Assembly (NCBI GenBank): GCA_030651065.1
Contig: JAUSCU010000077.1
Span: 13,362 to 77,361, forward strand
Length of the DNA stretch: 64,000 nucleotides
Direction of reading: 5' to 3'
DNA from: Candidatus Omnitrophota bacterium
GTDB taxonomy: Bacteria; Omnitrophota; Gorgyraeia; 1-14-0-20-64-10
The notes beneath the pieces were generated by a model that had not been told where the DNA came from, ran no database searches, and was given only the letters and a program-made list of their open reading frames with translations. The translations under genes and the position numbers were made by a program. Below are positions 26,051 to 35,726 of this stretch, in pieces; positions within the stretch are counted from its first letter, which is position 1, and the number at the start of each line of letters is the position of its first letter.

Positions 26051-26983
26051 GTGAGACTCCGGGAGAGTCCCGACTGGGGAGCTTTTTTAGGGGAGTATAA
26101 TAAAGCCCATATGTTTAGGGGATATTTATTTCAATTTTACGCGGTTCAAGCCCTCATTCTAGTTTTAAGGATTCTTCCTTTATCGCTCTCCGGTTGGATG
26201 ATGAAACGCGCGGCAAACCTCTTCTTTTTCTGTTCCCCCAAGCGAAGGAATGTCGCGCTGGATAATCTTACGCTAGCCTACGGAAACACGCTTTCCTCCG
26301 GTCAGAAAAGAAAAATAGCCCGGCAGTCTTTCGAGAGCCAAGCGCTTTCCATGCTGGAGCTGTTTGTAATCAAGAAAATAAAGAAAGATGCTGGTCGCCG
26401 GTTTTCCATTACGGGACAGCAGAATTTCAATGAGGCCGCGGCTCGCGGGAAAGGCGTGGTGTTTGTCGCCTCTCACTTGGGTTCCTGGGAATACATCGGA
26501 TTCCCGGGTTATCTCGCGCGGTATCCGCATTCGGTAATCGTCAAAAACATCAAGAACCCCTATCTCAACAAAATGATCGATGCCTTGCGAAGGGAAATCG
26601 ATACCCTGCCCATCCTTAAGGAAGCGAACGCCCTACGGATCACCTTGGCCGAGTTGCGGAAGAATCACGGGGTCGCGATCGTGATTGACCAGTGGGCGGG
26701 AGCAGAAGGGCTGTGGGTCGATTTCTTTGGAAGGGCCACCTCCACCACCTCTTTCCCGGCCCGGCTGGCCAAGAAAACGGGATCCGCGTTAATTCCGATT
26801 TATTGCTTAAGAAAAGAACTGGGCCGCTACGAGATCCAACTGCTTCCGGAAGTTCCCTTGCCGGAGGACCCGGAATGGGAGTTTCGCGTCACGAAGCGTT
26901 TAAATGAATTGCTTGAATCTCAGATCCGAAAATGCCCGGAGCAATGGTCTTGGAACCACAGGCGTTGGAGGCCCCGGCCATGA
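26051..26983 (+). CDS. Lipid A biosynthesis late acyltransferase (LpxL/HtrB/MsbB family)
   Basis: The N-terminal TM segment, the LAYGNTLSSGQKRKIARQSFE region and the VFVASHLGSWEY region are typical of the LpxL family. The true start may be an internal Met. Confidence 0.6.
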   Translation: MRLRESPDWGAFLGEYNKAHMFRGYLFQFYAVQALILVLRILPLSLSGWMMKRAANLFFFCSPKRRNVALDNLTLAYGNTLSSGQKRKIARQSFESQALSMLELFVIKKIKKDAGRRFSITGQQNFNEAAARGKGVVFVASHLGSWEYIGFPGYLARYPHSVIVKNIKNPYLNKMIDALRREIDTLPILKEANALRITLAELRKNHGVAIVIDQWAGAEGLWVDFFGRATSTTSFPARLAKKTGSALIPIYCLRKELGRYEIQLLPEVPLPEDPEWEFRVTKRLNELLESQIRKCPEQWSWNHRRWRPRP

Positions 26984-28119
26984 AGAAAAAGTATATCTGC
27001 GTGGACGACGCGCAAGGTCTCGCCCGTTTAACCCAAACGCTGGAGGCCGCGGCCCGGGTGGGCATGGACACCGAAGCCGACAGCCTGCACCATTACTACG
27101 AGAAAGTTTGCCTGATCCAGTTAAGCTTTTTGGGGGGAAATTATATTATCGATCCCCTCCGCGGTTTTTCCCTTTCGGAGTTCCTTGAGGTGCTCTCTCA
27201 AAAAGAGCTGATCTTTCAGGGCGCGGATTTTGACCTCCGCGTCTTAAAAAAGTCATTCGGGTTCCGTCCAAAAGCCCCCATTTTCGATACCATGCTGGCC
27301 GCTCAGGTTCTGGGTTATGAAAAGATCGGCCTCGCGGCATTAGCGGAAAGATTCGTCGGAATTTTAATGTCGAAGACGGGGCAAAAAGCGGACTGGTCCA
27401 AGAGGCCTTTGCCGGAGCGATTGCTCACCTATGCCTCGGATGACACCCAATACCTGGAAACAATCGCTGACGCTCTGACGGAAAACCTTCAGAAACTCAA
27501 CCGAATCGCCTGGCACAGGGAATGCTGTGAACGTGTGGTCAAAACCTCCGGGCTTCCGGAGTCCGGCGAAGAGAAGGAGTCGTGGCGCGTTAAAGGATCT
27601 TCCGAATTGCCTCCCAATGAGCTTATCTTTGTGCGGGAGCTTTGGAAATGGCGGGATGAGGAAGCCCGGGAAAAAGACCGACCGGCTTTTTATATCTTGC
27701 AGAATGAAGACTTAGTCGGGCTTGCCGGATGGCAGGCGCAAAATCCGAAAAGTCCGATTCAGGAGGGCCCCGCATTTCTGAAAAGGTTCACCGGGGAGAA
27801 CCGCGCGCGGCTGGAAAACGCTCTTCGGTCCGCGAAAAACGCTCCCCCGGCGGAATGGCCGCTCCCAAAGAAAAGAAGGGAGTGGGCCACTGAGCGGCCG
27901 GATCAGAAAAAACTGGAGGCGTTGCTGGCCGCATGCAGAACGCTGGCGAAAAAACTGGGAATCGAGCCTTCCTTTCTGGCTTCCCGCGGCGCGTTAACGG
28001 CCGTGATCCGGCATCAGCCCCGATCCATCGAAGAGGTAGCGAAAGTGAGCGGCCTCATGCATTGGCAGGCGGAATTGATGCTGCCTGAGATCAAGACTCT
28101 ATTAGCCCCGCAACCTTAG
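26980..28119 (+). CDS. rnd: Ribonuclease D (DEDDy 3'-5' exonuclease + HRDC domain)
   Basis: The start MKKKYICVDD overlaps the preceding stop as ATGA. The exonuclease motifs are GMDTEADSLHHYYEKVCLIQL (Exo I) and YASDDTQYL (Exo III). An HRDC-like C-terminus follows. Confidence 0.8.
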   Translation: MKKKYICVDDAQGLARLTQTLEAAARVGMDTEADSLHHYYEKVCLIQLSFLGGNYIIDPLRGFSLSEFLEVLSQKELIFQGADFDLRVLKKSFGFRPKAPIFDTMLAAQVLGYEKIGLAALAERFVGILMSKTGQKADWSKRPLPERLLTYASDDTQYLETIADALTENLQKLNRIAWHRECCERVVKTSGLPESGEEKESWRVKGSSELPPNELIFVRELWKWRDEEAREKDRPAFYILQNEDLVGLAGWQAQNPKSPIQEGPAFLKRFTGENRARLENALRSAKNAPPAEWPLPKKRREWATERPDQKKLEALLAACRTLAKKLGIEPSFLASRGALTAVIRHQPRSIEEVAKVSGLMHWQAELMLPEIKTLLAPQP

Positions 28120-28670
28120 CGGGAGTGTTGGGAGATGTGGTCGATCTGGTGCTGGTAGGATTGGACTGCGTTCTTGAGGGACTGGTTCTCCGATGAAAGG
28201 TCGAGGATCTTCACCCAGACGGTCGCCACCACCCCCGCGGCTACGGCAGCCCCCAGGCCGAAAGTAACGACGCGGGTCCAGGAAATCCGAAAACCGGGCT
28301 GCATGTTGGAGACGATGACCGCCCCGTCGGAACGGGTGTATTCGGTGAGGAAGGAGTTTAAGCGCGCCTGCGCCCGGGCATCCACATTCTGCCAGCAGAG
28401 GCCGGATTCGTAGCCGATTTGGCCGCGGCCCTGCTGCATCAAGCGGGACCAGACCACCACTCCGGTCAGGATGACTTCCCCCTCCTTCGGCAGGGAGAGT
28501 GTCAGGGAGATCTTTCCGCCCGGCTCCAGCCGCTCGGGGGAGACAAAACGAGCTCCACCCAGGCTGATGTCCCGCGTCATGCCTAAACGGGGGCCGGCTA
28601 GCCGTGTGGTGGGCTGATAACTCCCCTCAACGCCAACGGGGACCCGAATATGGACTCTTTTCTCGTACAT
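28116..28670 (-). CDS. PilZ-domain (c-di-GMP-binding) protein with a C-terminal TM segment
   Basis: RVHIRV (RxxxR) and DISLGGARF (DxSxxG) are PilZ signatures. A TM segment lies near residue 130. Confidence 0.6.
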   Translation of the reverse strand: MYEKRVHIRVPVGVEGSYQPTTRLAGPRLGMTRDISLGGARFVSPERLEPGGKISLTLSLPKEGEVILTGVVVWSRLMQQGRGQIGYESGLCWQNVDARAQARLNSFLTEYTRSDGAVIVSNMQPGFRISWTRVVTFGLGAAVAAGVVATVWVKILDLSSENQSLKNAVQSYQHQIDHISQHSR

Positions 28671-28752
28671 ATCTTAAATTAGACTGCATTTACCCCATCA
28701 GGTAACTATACCACAAAGCACCACTCGTTGTGGGGGGAAATCGATAAAAATT

Positions 28753-31557
28753 TCAGCCGGTGGACTTCATGCCGTAGGCGATGCCGTGGACGGTGAGCTT
28801 GAGCAGCTCCAGCCATTTCGGGTGCTGGGCGCGGTTCCGCCGGCGGCGGATCTCCCGCAGGCAGCGCACCTGCAGCGCGTGCAGCGGGTCCACGTAGGGG
28901 TTGCGCAAAAGAATCGAGTGGCGAAGCACCGGCTGGGTCTCGAGAAGGGCCTGATGACCGGTGATCTCCTGGAGGCCGTGGATCGCGCGGGTATATTCCG
29001 CCTGGATCTGGGGGAACACCCGCTCCCTCAAGGAGGACGGCTGCACGAGGCTCGCGTAGGCGCGGGCAATCTTGAGATCGGTCTTGGCGAGCGAGGCCTG
29101 CGCGTTTTCCCAAACCACCCGGGCGTACGGCCAGTCCCGCGCCATGCCGGCCAATTCCCGCAAGCCGGCTTCCCCGTGGCGGCGGCGGAACGATTCGATC
29201 GCCGAGCCGATACCGTACCAGGAGGAGAGCATGTGGCGGGATTGAATCCAGCTAAAAACCCAGGGGATCGCCCGCAGACCCTTGAGCGGAAAATTCTTGT
29301 TCCCTTTCGGCAGTGAGCCCGGCCGGGCGCCCGGCCGGGTGCCGGCCATCGGGGTTTCCAGGAAGATCTGGATCGGAGTCGCCTGCGCGTAGTACGGGAT
29401 GAAGTCCGGGTTCTCGAAGACGAACGATCGGTAGGCCGATTCCGAAGCGAGGGAAAGTTCCTCCATCATCCCTTCCCAGCGCTTGAGTTGGCGCTCCCCC
29501 ACGCGGGAGGCAGGACCCAGGTTGGCCAACAGCACGGCGCTAAGCATCTGCTCCAAGTTGCGCAGCGCGATCACCGGGTGGCCGTACTTGGCGGCCACCA
29601 CCTCTCCCTGCTCGGTGATCTTGATGCGGCCGGAGGGGGCGGCGAAAGGTTGGGCCAGGATCGCCCGGTGGCTTAAACCGCCGCCCCGGTCAATGGTGCC
29701 CCCCTTGCCGTGGAACAACACCAGCCGGATGCCGAAGCGCCCGGCCGCCCGGACCAGCCGGCCCTGGGCCCGGTAGAGGGCCCAGTTAGCGGCCAGGTAC
29801 CCGCCGTCCTTGTTGGCGTCGGAGTAGCCAAGCATCACTTCTTGATGATGGCCGCGCGCGGAGAGGTACCGCCGGTAGACCGGGTCTTTCCAGAGAACGG
29901 TCATCACCTCTTCGCTGCGGGCGAGGTCCGGGATTGTTTCGAACAGCGGCACCGCGTCGAACGTCGCCCTCGGCCGGCCGTCCTTGGGGAACAGGTCCCG
30001 CGCGAGGCCGGTCCATGCCGCCAGCGCCAACACCGCCAGGAAATCACTGGGCGCCTGGCTCATGCTGACCAGGTAGGTCCGGGCCAGGTTCGGGTCCAGT
30101 TCCTGGATCTTCTTCATGGTATGGAACTGGTCCAACACATCCAGCGTCACGGCGGAAACACGCCGGTGGTCGTGGGAGGCCGGTTCCCGGTGGGCCAGCA
30201 CCTGGCGCAGGCGCAGCACAGCCTGCCGCTTCCCTTCCGGCAGCGTCTTGTAATCCAACGGCCGCTTGAGGATCTTCGGAAGGATTTCTCCCACCGCCTG
30301 AAGGATCCGGTCCCGGTGCTCCCGGAATTCCAGCTGCGCCAAGTGGAAACCAAACGTCTCCACCTGCCGGATCAGCTGCTGAACCTCCCCCACCGCGTAG
30401 CGGCTCCCGCGTGCCTGGAGGCTAGACTCGACCAGCCGAAGGTCCTGCACCATTTTCTGAGGAGAGAGGTACCCTCCCGGCTGGCGCGCGGCGGATTTGA
30501 GCACCCGCGTGTGGATGAAGGAAAGCTTCTTCCGGTAGAGTTCCGATCCCTCGAACCGTTCCAACAGGCGGGCCATCTCGGGGAGTTCCCGCCGGTCCTT
30601 TTCTATCGAGGCCCGCAGCGCCGGGCTGACCGGCAGCAAGGTTTCCGCCTGGCTGAACTTCCGGATCAGTTCCTCCAGACGCTGCTGGTAAAACTGAAGG
30701 ATCAATTTTCGGTGGGCGACGGCCGTCGTCCAGGTGACTTCGGAGGTGACCGACGGGTTGCCGTCCCGGTCGGCGCCGACCCAGGAGCCGAACCGGAGTA
30801 GCGTCGGCACGGAGTTCTTGTGGGAAGGGTCCACCGAGCGGACCAGGTGGCCGATCCGCTCGTAGAGCTCCGGGATGAGCCCTAGGATCGTCCGCTCAAC
30901 GAAGAACAGGGTCTGCGACACCTCGTCGGCGACCTCCATCTTACGCTGCCGGGCCTCGTTGGTCGCCCAGAGGATCTCCAAGCTCTCACGGATCGCCCGC
31001 TCCTGCCGGGCCCGGTCCGACGGGGTCGCTTCCGTCTCGTGCCATTTCTCGAGCGCGGAAGCGATGTCCACCAGGTGGTCCATCGTCGTGCGCCGCCGTA
31101 CCTCGGTCGGGTGGGCGGTGAGCACCGGCATGACCTGCGCCTGTTTGAGCGCCCGCCGCAGCGCCGCGGGGCGCACCCCTTTGAGCCGGTGCGCGGTCCA
31201 GGCCAGCGACATCTCGAGGCTCTGCCCCGGCTGTGATTCGTACCAGCGGATCCGCCGGATCCGCTGCGATTCTTCCGCTACGTTGACCAGCTGGAAGTAG
31301 ATGGTAAAGGCGCGCGCTACCTTGAAGGCAACGGGATAGGAAAGCTTCTCCGTGAGCCGCCTTAGCTCCCGGACTTCGCCGGCTTGGGAGGCCCGGCTGC
31401 TCTTAGCCAGCTTGCGAATCCTCTCAATCACGCGGAAGAAGGAGACCCCCTCCTGCTCCTGGATGATCCGGCCCAGGAGGGAGGTCAGGAACCGCACATC
31501 GTTGCGCAGCGCCGGGTCCATGAAACGCCGCGGGTCGGCGGCGGGAGCGGCGCTCAC
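28753..31557 (-). CDS. ppc: Phosphoenolpyruvate carboxylase
   Basis: The protein is 934 aa. It carries conserved PEPC motifs (VLTAHPTE and FHGRGGTIDRGGG-type, here FHGKGGTIDRGGG) and the C-terminal QNTG-like end. Confidence 0.9.
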   Translation of the reverse strand: MSAAPAADPRRFMDPALRNDVRFLTSLLGRIIQEQEGVSFFRVIERIRKLAKSSRASQAGEVRELRRLTEKLSYPVAFKVARAFTIYFQLVNVAEESQRIRRIRWYESQPGQSLEMSLAWTAHRLKGVRPAALRRALKQAQVMPVLTAHPTEVRRRTTMDHLVDIASALEKWHETEATPSDRARQERAIRESLEILWATNEARQRKMEVADEVSQTLFFVERTILGLIPELYERIGHLVRSVDPSHKNSVPTLLRFGSWVGADRDGNPSVTSEVTWTTAVAHRKLILQFYQQRLEELIRKFSQAETLLPVSPALRASIEKDRRELPEMARLLERFEGSELYRKKLSFIHTRVLKSAARQPGGYLSPQKMVQDLRLVESSLQARGSRYAVGEVQQLIRQVETFGFHLAQLEFREHRDRILQAVGEILPKILKRPLDYKTLPEGKRQAVLRLRQVLAHREPASHDHRRVSAVTLDVLDQFHTMKKIQELDPNLARTYLVSMSQAPSDFLAVLALAAWTGLARDLFPKDGRPRATFDAVPLFETIPDLARSEEVMTVLWKDPVYRRYLSARGHHQEVMLGYSDANKDGGYLAANWALYRAQGRLVRAAGRFGIRLVLFHGKGGTIDRGGGLSHRAILAQPFAAPSGRIKITEQGEVVAAKYGHPVIALRNLEQMLSAVLLANLGPASRVGERQLKRWEGMMEELSLASESAYRSFVFENPDFIPYYAQATPIQIFLETPMAGTRPGARPGSLPKGNKNFPLKGLRAIPWVFSWIQSRHMLSSWYGIGSAIESFRRRHGEAGLRELAGMARDWPYARVVWENAQASLAKTDLKIARAYASLVQPSSLRERVFPQIQAEYTRAIHGLQEITGHQALLETQPVLRHSILLRNPYVDPLHALQVRCLREIRRRRNRAQHPKWLELLKLTVHGIAYGMKSTG

Positions 31558-32165
31558 AGCGAACGCCGCCCTTCGAGCGCCCGGCCGAGCGTGACCTGGT
31601 CCGCGTACTCCACGCTGGACCCCATCGGGATCCCGAACGCGAGCCGTGAGACCTTGAGCGGAGGCTCCTGCTCTAGGGCTTTCAGCTCTTTGGCCAGATA
31701 GAGGGCGGTGGTCTCCCCTTCAAGGTCGGAGTCGGTGGCGAGGATCACCTCCCGGATGCCGCCGGCCTTGACGCGGGCCTTAAGTTCCGGGACCCTCAGG
31801 TCTTTCGGACCGATGCCGTCCAGCGGCGAGATCGACCCCAGCAGCACGTGGTACAGGCCCTTATAGCCGCCGCTCTTCTCCATCGCCCGGATCGAGCGGT
31901 GGTCCTCCACCACGCAGACGATCGACGGGTCCCGGCCGGGATCGCGGCAGAAGGTGCAGGTGTCGCCATCGGCCAGGTTGAAACAGGTGCCGCAGAAGCC
32001 GATCGCCTGCTTGACCCGGAGGATCGCTTCGCTGAGTTCCGCCGCTATGTTGGAAGGATGGCTGAGCAGATAGAAGACGTAACGCTCGGCGGTGCGGGGA
32101 CCAACCCCCGGCAGCTTGCGCAGCGCCTGGATCAGCGCCTCCATAGAAGCGGTGAGCCCGGCCAT
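31554..32165 (-). CDS. recR: Recombination protein RecR
   Basis: The HhH motif is LPGVGPRTAERYVFYLL. The C4 zinc finger is CGTCFNLADGDTCTFC. A Toprim domain is present. Confidence 0.9.
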   Translation of the reverse strand: MAGLTASMEALIQALRKLPGVGPRTAERYVFYLLSHPSNIAAELSEAILRVKQAIGFCGTCFNLADGDTCTFCRDPGRDPSIVCVVEDHRSIRAMEKSGGYKGLYHVLLGSISPLDGIGPKDLRVPELKARVKAGGIREVILATDSDLEGETTALYLAKELKALEQEPPLKVSRLAFGIPMGSSVEYADQVTLGRALEGRRSL

Positions 32166-33754
32166 CAGCTTTCTCCCGGCAGCATCCGCCCTTCAAACAG
32201 CTCCAGCACGCTGTTCACGTAGCCGGAGTCCGGTTTGGGGGCCACAACCGGGGGAACCTCTTCCGAGATTTCGAAGACGCAGCGGACCGGGTGGCCCAGC
32301 AGCTCGCCCAGTGACTGCTCCACCAGCTGACGCGCGGTCAGCTGGCCCAGCTCCTGGCAGGAAAACTCCATCCCCTTCCCCAGACCGATCACCAGTTCAG
32401 ACGGATTACCGGACTTGAATGAGACCGGCTGCCCATGGCTCAAGTGCCCGGAGGTGCCCGCCTTTTTTTGATGAACAAGTTCCATGAGCGCCGGCCAGAC
32501 CGAGACGATCTTTTCGATGTCCGGTGAAGCGGGCACCTCTCTCTGCGCGGAGGACGGCTTCTGCGCTGCCGGCGGCGTGGGAGCCGGAGGAGTCCCTCCT
32601 CCCGAACGCAGCCGCTGGTCCAGTTTCTCCAGCCGGGCCACCAGATCCGCAACGCGCACTTGGGCGCCGGGGCTGCTCAACCGCACCAGCGCCATCTCCA
32701 GCGGGATACGCGGCTCACCGGCATGGTGCATCGTTTCCAACGCGCCGGAGAGCGTATCGGCAATGTCGGTCAGTTCTTCCGGCGTGAATTTCTCCGCCAG
32801 GACTTCCAGCTTCTTCACCGATTCCGGGTCCAGATCCTCAAACCCCAGCGTCCCCGCGCCGATCTTGACAACCAGCGTGTTCCGAACGAAAACCAGTAAC
32901 CCGAGGCCCCAGAGCTTCAGCTCCGTCCCGCTGTCGGCGCAGCGGGCAATGAGTTTCAGCAGGCGGACCGGCTCCCTGGCCTGGATCCCCTCCAGCGCTT
33001 CAACGAACAGGTCTTCCGGCAGCGTCCCCAGCAGAGTCTGGACGTCCTCTCCCTTAACCGCGCCGCCTCCTGCGAAGGCCGCCACCTGGTCCAAGATGGA
33101 CTCCGCGTCCCGCAGCGAACCGGAAGCGGCCCGGGCGATTCCGGCGATCGCCTCTTCGGAGATCTTCAGCTTCTCCTCCGCGGCCACCCCCTTGAGCTTC
33201 TCCGTGATCAGCTTCATCGGCAGCCGCTTAAACTCGAACCGCTGGCAGCGGGACAGGATGGTGGCCGGCACCTTGTGGGCGTCGGTGGTGGCCAGGATGA
33301 ACAGGATATGCGGAGGCGGTTCCTCCAAGGTCTTCAGCAGCGCGGCGAAGCCGGCTGGGGTGATCTGGTGCACTTCATCAATGATGTAAACCTTGTGGGT
33401 GCCGCTCGACGGACTGAACTTGGCCAGCTCCCGCAGCGCCCGGATCTGGTCAATGCCCCGGTTGGAGGCGCCGTCGATCTCCAGAACGTCGAGCGAGCGG
33501 CCTTCGGTGATTTCCTCGCACTGCTTGCATTTCAGGCAGGGCGCGGCCGTCGGGCCTTTCATGCAGTTGAGAGCCTTGGCGAAGATGCGGGCGGTGGAGG
33601 TCTTTCCGGTGCCGCGCGGGCCGGCGAACAGGTAGGCTTGCCCGATCTTCTTCTGCTGGATCGCGTTGGTGAGCGTGGTGACGATCGGTCCCTGCCCCAA
33701 CACCTCGGAGAAGGTCCTAGGCCTGTATTTTCTTGCCATCACCAGGTAGCTCAT
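32165..33754 (-). CDS. dnaX: DNA polymerase III subunit gamma/tau
   Basis: The N-terminus MARKYRPRTFSEVLGQGPIVTTLTNAI...YLFAGPRGTGKTSTARIFAKALNC contains the AAA+ Walker A motif and a zinc-module Cys cluster. Confidence 0.9.
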   Translation of the reverse strand: MSYLVMARKYRPRTFSEVLGQGPIVTTLTNAIQQKKIGQAYLFAGPRGTGKTSTARIFAKALNCMKGPTAAPCLKCKQCEEITEGRSLDVLEIDGASNRGIDQIRALRELAKFSPSSGTHKVYIIDEVHQITPAGFAALLKTLEEPPPHILFILATTDAHKVPATILSRCQRFEFKRLPMKLITEKLKGVAAEEKLKISEEAIAGIARAASGSLRDAESILDQVAAFAGGGAVKGEDVQTLLGTLPEDLFVEALEGIQAREPVRLLKLIARCADSGTELKLWGLGLLVFVRNTLVVKIGAGTLGFEDLDPESVKKLEVLAEKFTPEELTDIADTLSGALETMHHAGEPRIPLEMALVRLSSPGAQVRVADLVARLEKLDQRLRSGGGTPPAPTPPAAQKPSSAQREVPASPDIEKIVSVWPALMELVHQKKAGTSGHLSHGQPVSFKSGNPSELVIGLGKGMEFSCQELGQLTARQLVEQSLGELLGHPVRCVFEISEEVPPVVAPKPDSGYVNSVLELFEGRMLPGES

Positions 33755-33793
33755 ACGATTCCCCTAGAATCCGAATTCGATTTTACGGAGTTA

Positions 33794-33884
33794 ACGGAGA
33801 GGCAGGGATTTGAACCCTGGGACCCGCTTTTGGCAAGTCAGCTCATTAGCAGTGAGCTCCGTTCGACCGCTCCGGCACCTCTCC
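33794..33884 (-). tRNA. tRNA-Ser (anticodon GCT)
   Basis: The minus-strand sequence is ggagaggtgccggagcggtcgaacgg...ctcactGCTaatgag... It has a long variable arm and the T-arm GGTTCAAATCC. Confidence 0.85.
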
Positions 33885-33919
33885 TGAAAATGATTTTCTG
33901 AAAAAAAGAGGGATGAAAA

Positions 33920-33937
33920 CGCGCTCGGAGGGATTTG
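33920..33937 (-). repeat. Duplicate of the tRNA-Arg 3' end (18 nt), a putative att remnant
   Basis: cgcgctcggagggatttg is identical to 34082-34099, which is the 3' acceptor strand and part of the T-arm of tRNA-Arg. Confidence 0.55.
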
Positions 33938-34081
33938 GCGCCCTACGGCCGGCTTCGCCGGCCTACGGGTCGGCCAACCGCCGCTTCAGGGGAAGTCGGC
34001 CCTCCCTATTCGGTTGGGCCTCCCTAGACAAAAACAGTCGCGGCTCCCTTCAAATCCCTCTGAATAGATAAAGAATGAATT

Positions 34082-34155
34082 CGCGCTCGGAGGGATTTGA
34101 ACCCCCGACACCCAGGTCCGCAACCTGGTGCTCTATCCAGCTGAGCTACGAGCGC
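34082..34155 (-). tRNA. tRNA-Arg (anticodon GCG)
   Basis: The minus-strand sequence is gcgctcgtagctcagctggatagagcaccaggttGCGgacctgggtgtcgggggttcaaatccctccgagcgcg. Confidence 0.85.
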
Positions 34156-34208
34156 AACAAAGTTTTATTCTATCACGTAGATTGGGTTGGTGTAGATCCA
34201 GGGACGAG

Positions 34209-35675
34209 TCAGCGAGAGGCGGAAGCCTCTCCGATGAGGGAGAGGTAGTTTTTCGCGGTCTCTTCCATAATGAGACCCTGAACGACAAGCTGCCGGAGGG
34301 ACTGCTCGATCGAATACATACCCTGAGTGCGGCCTGTTTGAAGCAACGTGAGGATCTGCTCAAGATTACCGCCGCGAATCATGTTGCGGGCGGCGCTGGT
34401 CGGGACAAAGACCTCCGTCGCCAGAGTGAGGTCGCCGCCCATCGCCTCCTCCTTCGGGATGAGGTATTGGGTGAGGATCCCTTGTAAACAGTTGGCCAAT
34501 TGAAGCGTGGCCTGGCGACGGGAACTCTCAGGACATAACCCGAGAAAGCGATCAATGGCCTGAACCGTATTCGTGGCATGGAAAGAGGCCAACACCAGCG
34601 TTCCCGTTTCCGCGGCGTTCAAAACCACCTGGACGGTTTCCGCGTCCTCCACCTCGCCGACCACAATGACGTCGGGGTCCTGCCGCAACGCGCGCCGGAC
34701 CGCCTCCGGGTAGGACAGCGTATCCGATCCGACTTCCCGCTGCTTGATCAAGGACTTCTTACTTTGATGGATGTACTCGATGGGACGCTCCAAGCAGATC
34801 ACCACGGCATCCCGTTCTTGGTTGATCTGATGGATCATCGCGTTCAGCGTGGTGGTTTTCCCGCAACCCGTTGGTCCAACGATGAGAATCAGGCCGTTGC
34901 TGCGGCGGCTCCATTCCCCCACAATGCTCGGCCGGCCCAGCGCCTTCCAACCTTCATGCTGAGATTGTATCAGTCGAATTGCCGCTTCCACATGGCCCTG
35001 CTGCCAATGCAGGTTAATCCTAAATCGCTTGTCGGAAGAAAGGGAAAAGGCGAAATCCAGTTCCCGGTTCTTCTCGAAAGCGGCGATTTGAGAATCCAGC
35101 ATGGTGCCGTAGATCAGAGCCTGGATCTCTCCGGGCTGAAAAACAGGCCACTTCATAGGAACCAACCGGCCTTTGACGCGAGCGTGAGGAACCTGATTGG
35201 TCGTCAAGTGAAGGTCCGAAGCCTTCATCTGGCAGAGCAGGTTAAGCAGCTCTTTGAGATCCAGCGTTTCCAAACGGCGGAGGACGGCCAACTGCTCCGG
35301 AGAAACCAGCGTCTCGAAAGCAACTCCCAGAAGATACTGGTGTCCGGTCTTCTCTTCCTGAACGCGGACGACCGGTCCCGTGGCCCGAATGTACTCCTTG
35401 GAACCGGGCAGCTCAATCTGGAGACGAACTTGGACAAGTGAGCCGAATCCAGCCGGCTGGCCGGTGCGCAGCAGGACTCCTCGAGAGCTGATGTCAACAG
35501 TGGTGGCGGGGTAAATGGAGCCCTCAGGGCGGCCGTTCTGCATGAGCTGGTAGGTGGCTTGACACCGAATGTTGGTCCGATGGATGGGACGGCGGTCCCG
35601 CGACGCACCCTGAGTGGGGGTTTTCCTTTTCTCTTGCACGATCGGCAGTATGAACGACTCTTGAAATATTGTCAA
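34209..35675 (-). CDS. PilT-like type IV pilus retraction ATPase with an N-terminal PilZ (c-di-GMP-binding) domain
   Basis: The N-terminal RRPIHR...DISSRG are PilZ motifs. The C-terminus carries GPTGCGKTTT (Walker A), the DPDVIVVGEVED Asp box and the PilT-family His box. Confidence 0.75.
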   Translation of the reverse strand: MTIFQESFILPIVQEKRKTPTQGASRDRRPIHRTNIRCQATYQLMQNGRPEGSIYPATTVDISSRGVLLRTGQPAGFGSLVQVRLQIELPGSKEYIRATGPVVRVQEEKTGHQYLLGVAFETLVSPEQLAVLRRLETLDLKELLNLLCQMKASDLHLTTNQVPHARVKGRLVPMKWPVFQPGEIQALIYGTMLDSQIAAFEKNRELDFAFSLSSDKRFRINLHWQQGHVEAAIRLIQSQHEGWKALGRPSIVGEWSRRSNGLILIVGPTGCGKTTTLNAMIHQINQERDAVVICLERPIEYIHQSKKSLIKQREVGSDTLSYPEAVRRALRQDPDVIVVGEVEDAETVQVVLNAAETGTLVLASFHATNTVQAIDRFLGLCPESSRRQATLQLANCLQGILTQYLIPKEEAMGGDLTLATEVFVPTSAARNMIRGGNLEQILTLLQTGRTQGMYSIEQSLRQLVVQGLIMEETAKNYLSLIGEASASR

Positions 35676-35726
35676 TACTGGACTGGAGATGTCGAGAATA
35701 ACGGAAATCTATTGTAGAATACCCAC

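Noticed and set aside
32100-32230. The ybaB/ebfC gene expected between dnaX and recR
   Set aside because: The dnaX stop and the recR start are directly adjacent at 32165, leaving no room for a gene. The gene is simply absent from this locus, and this is not an annotation gap.
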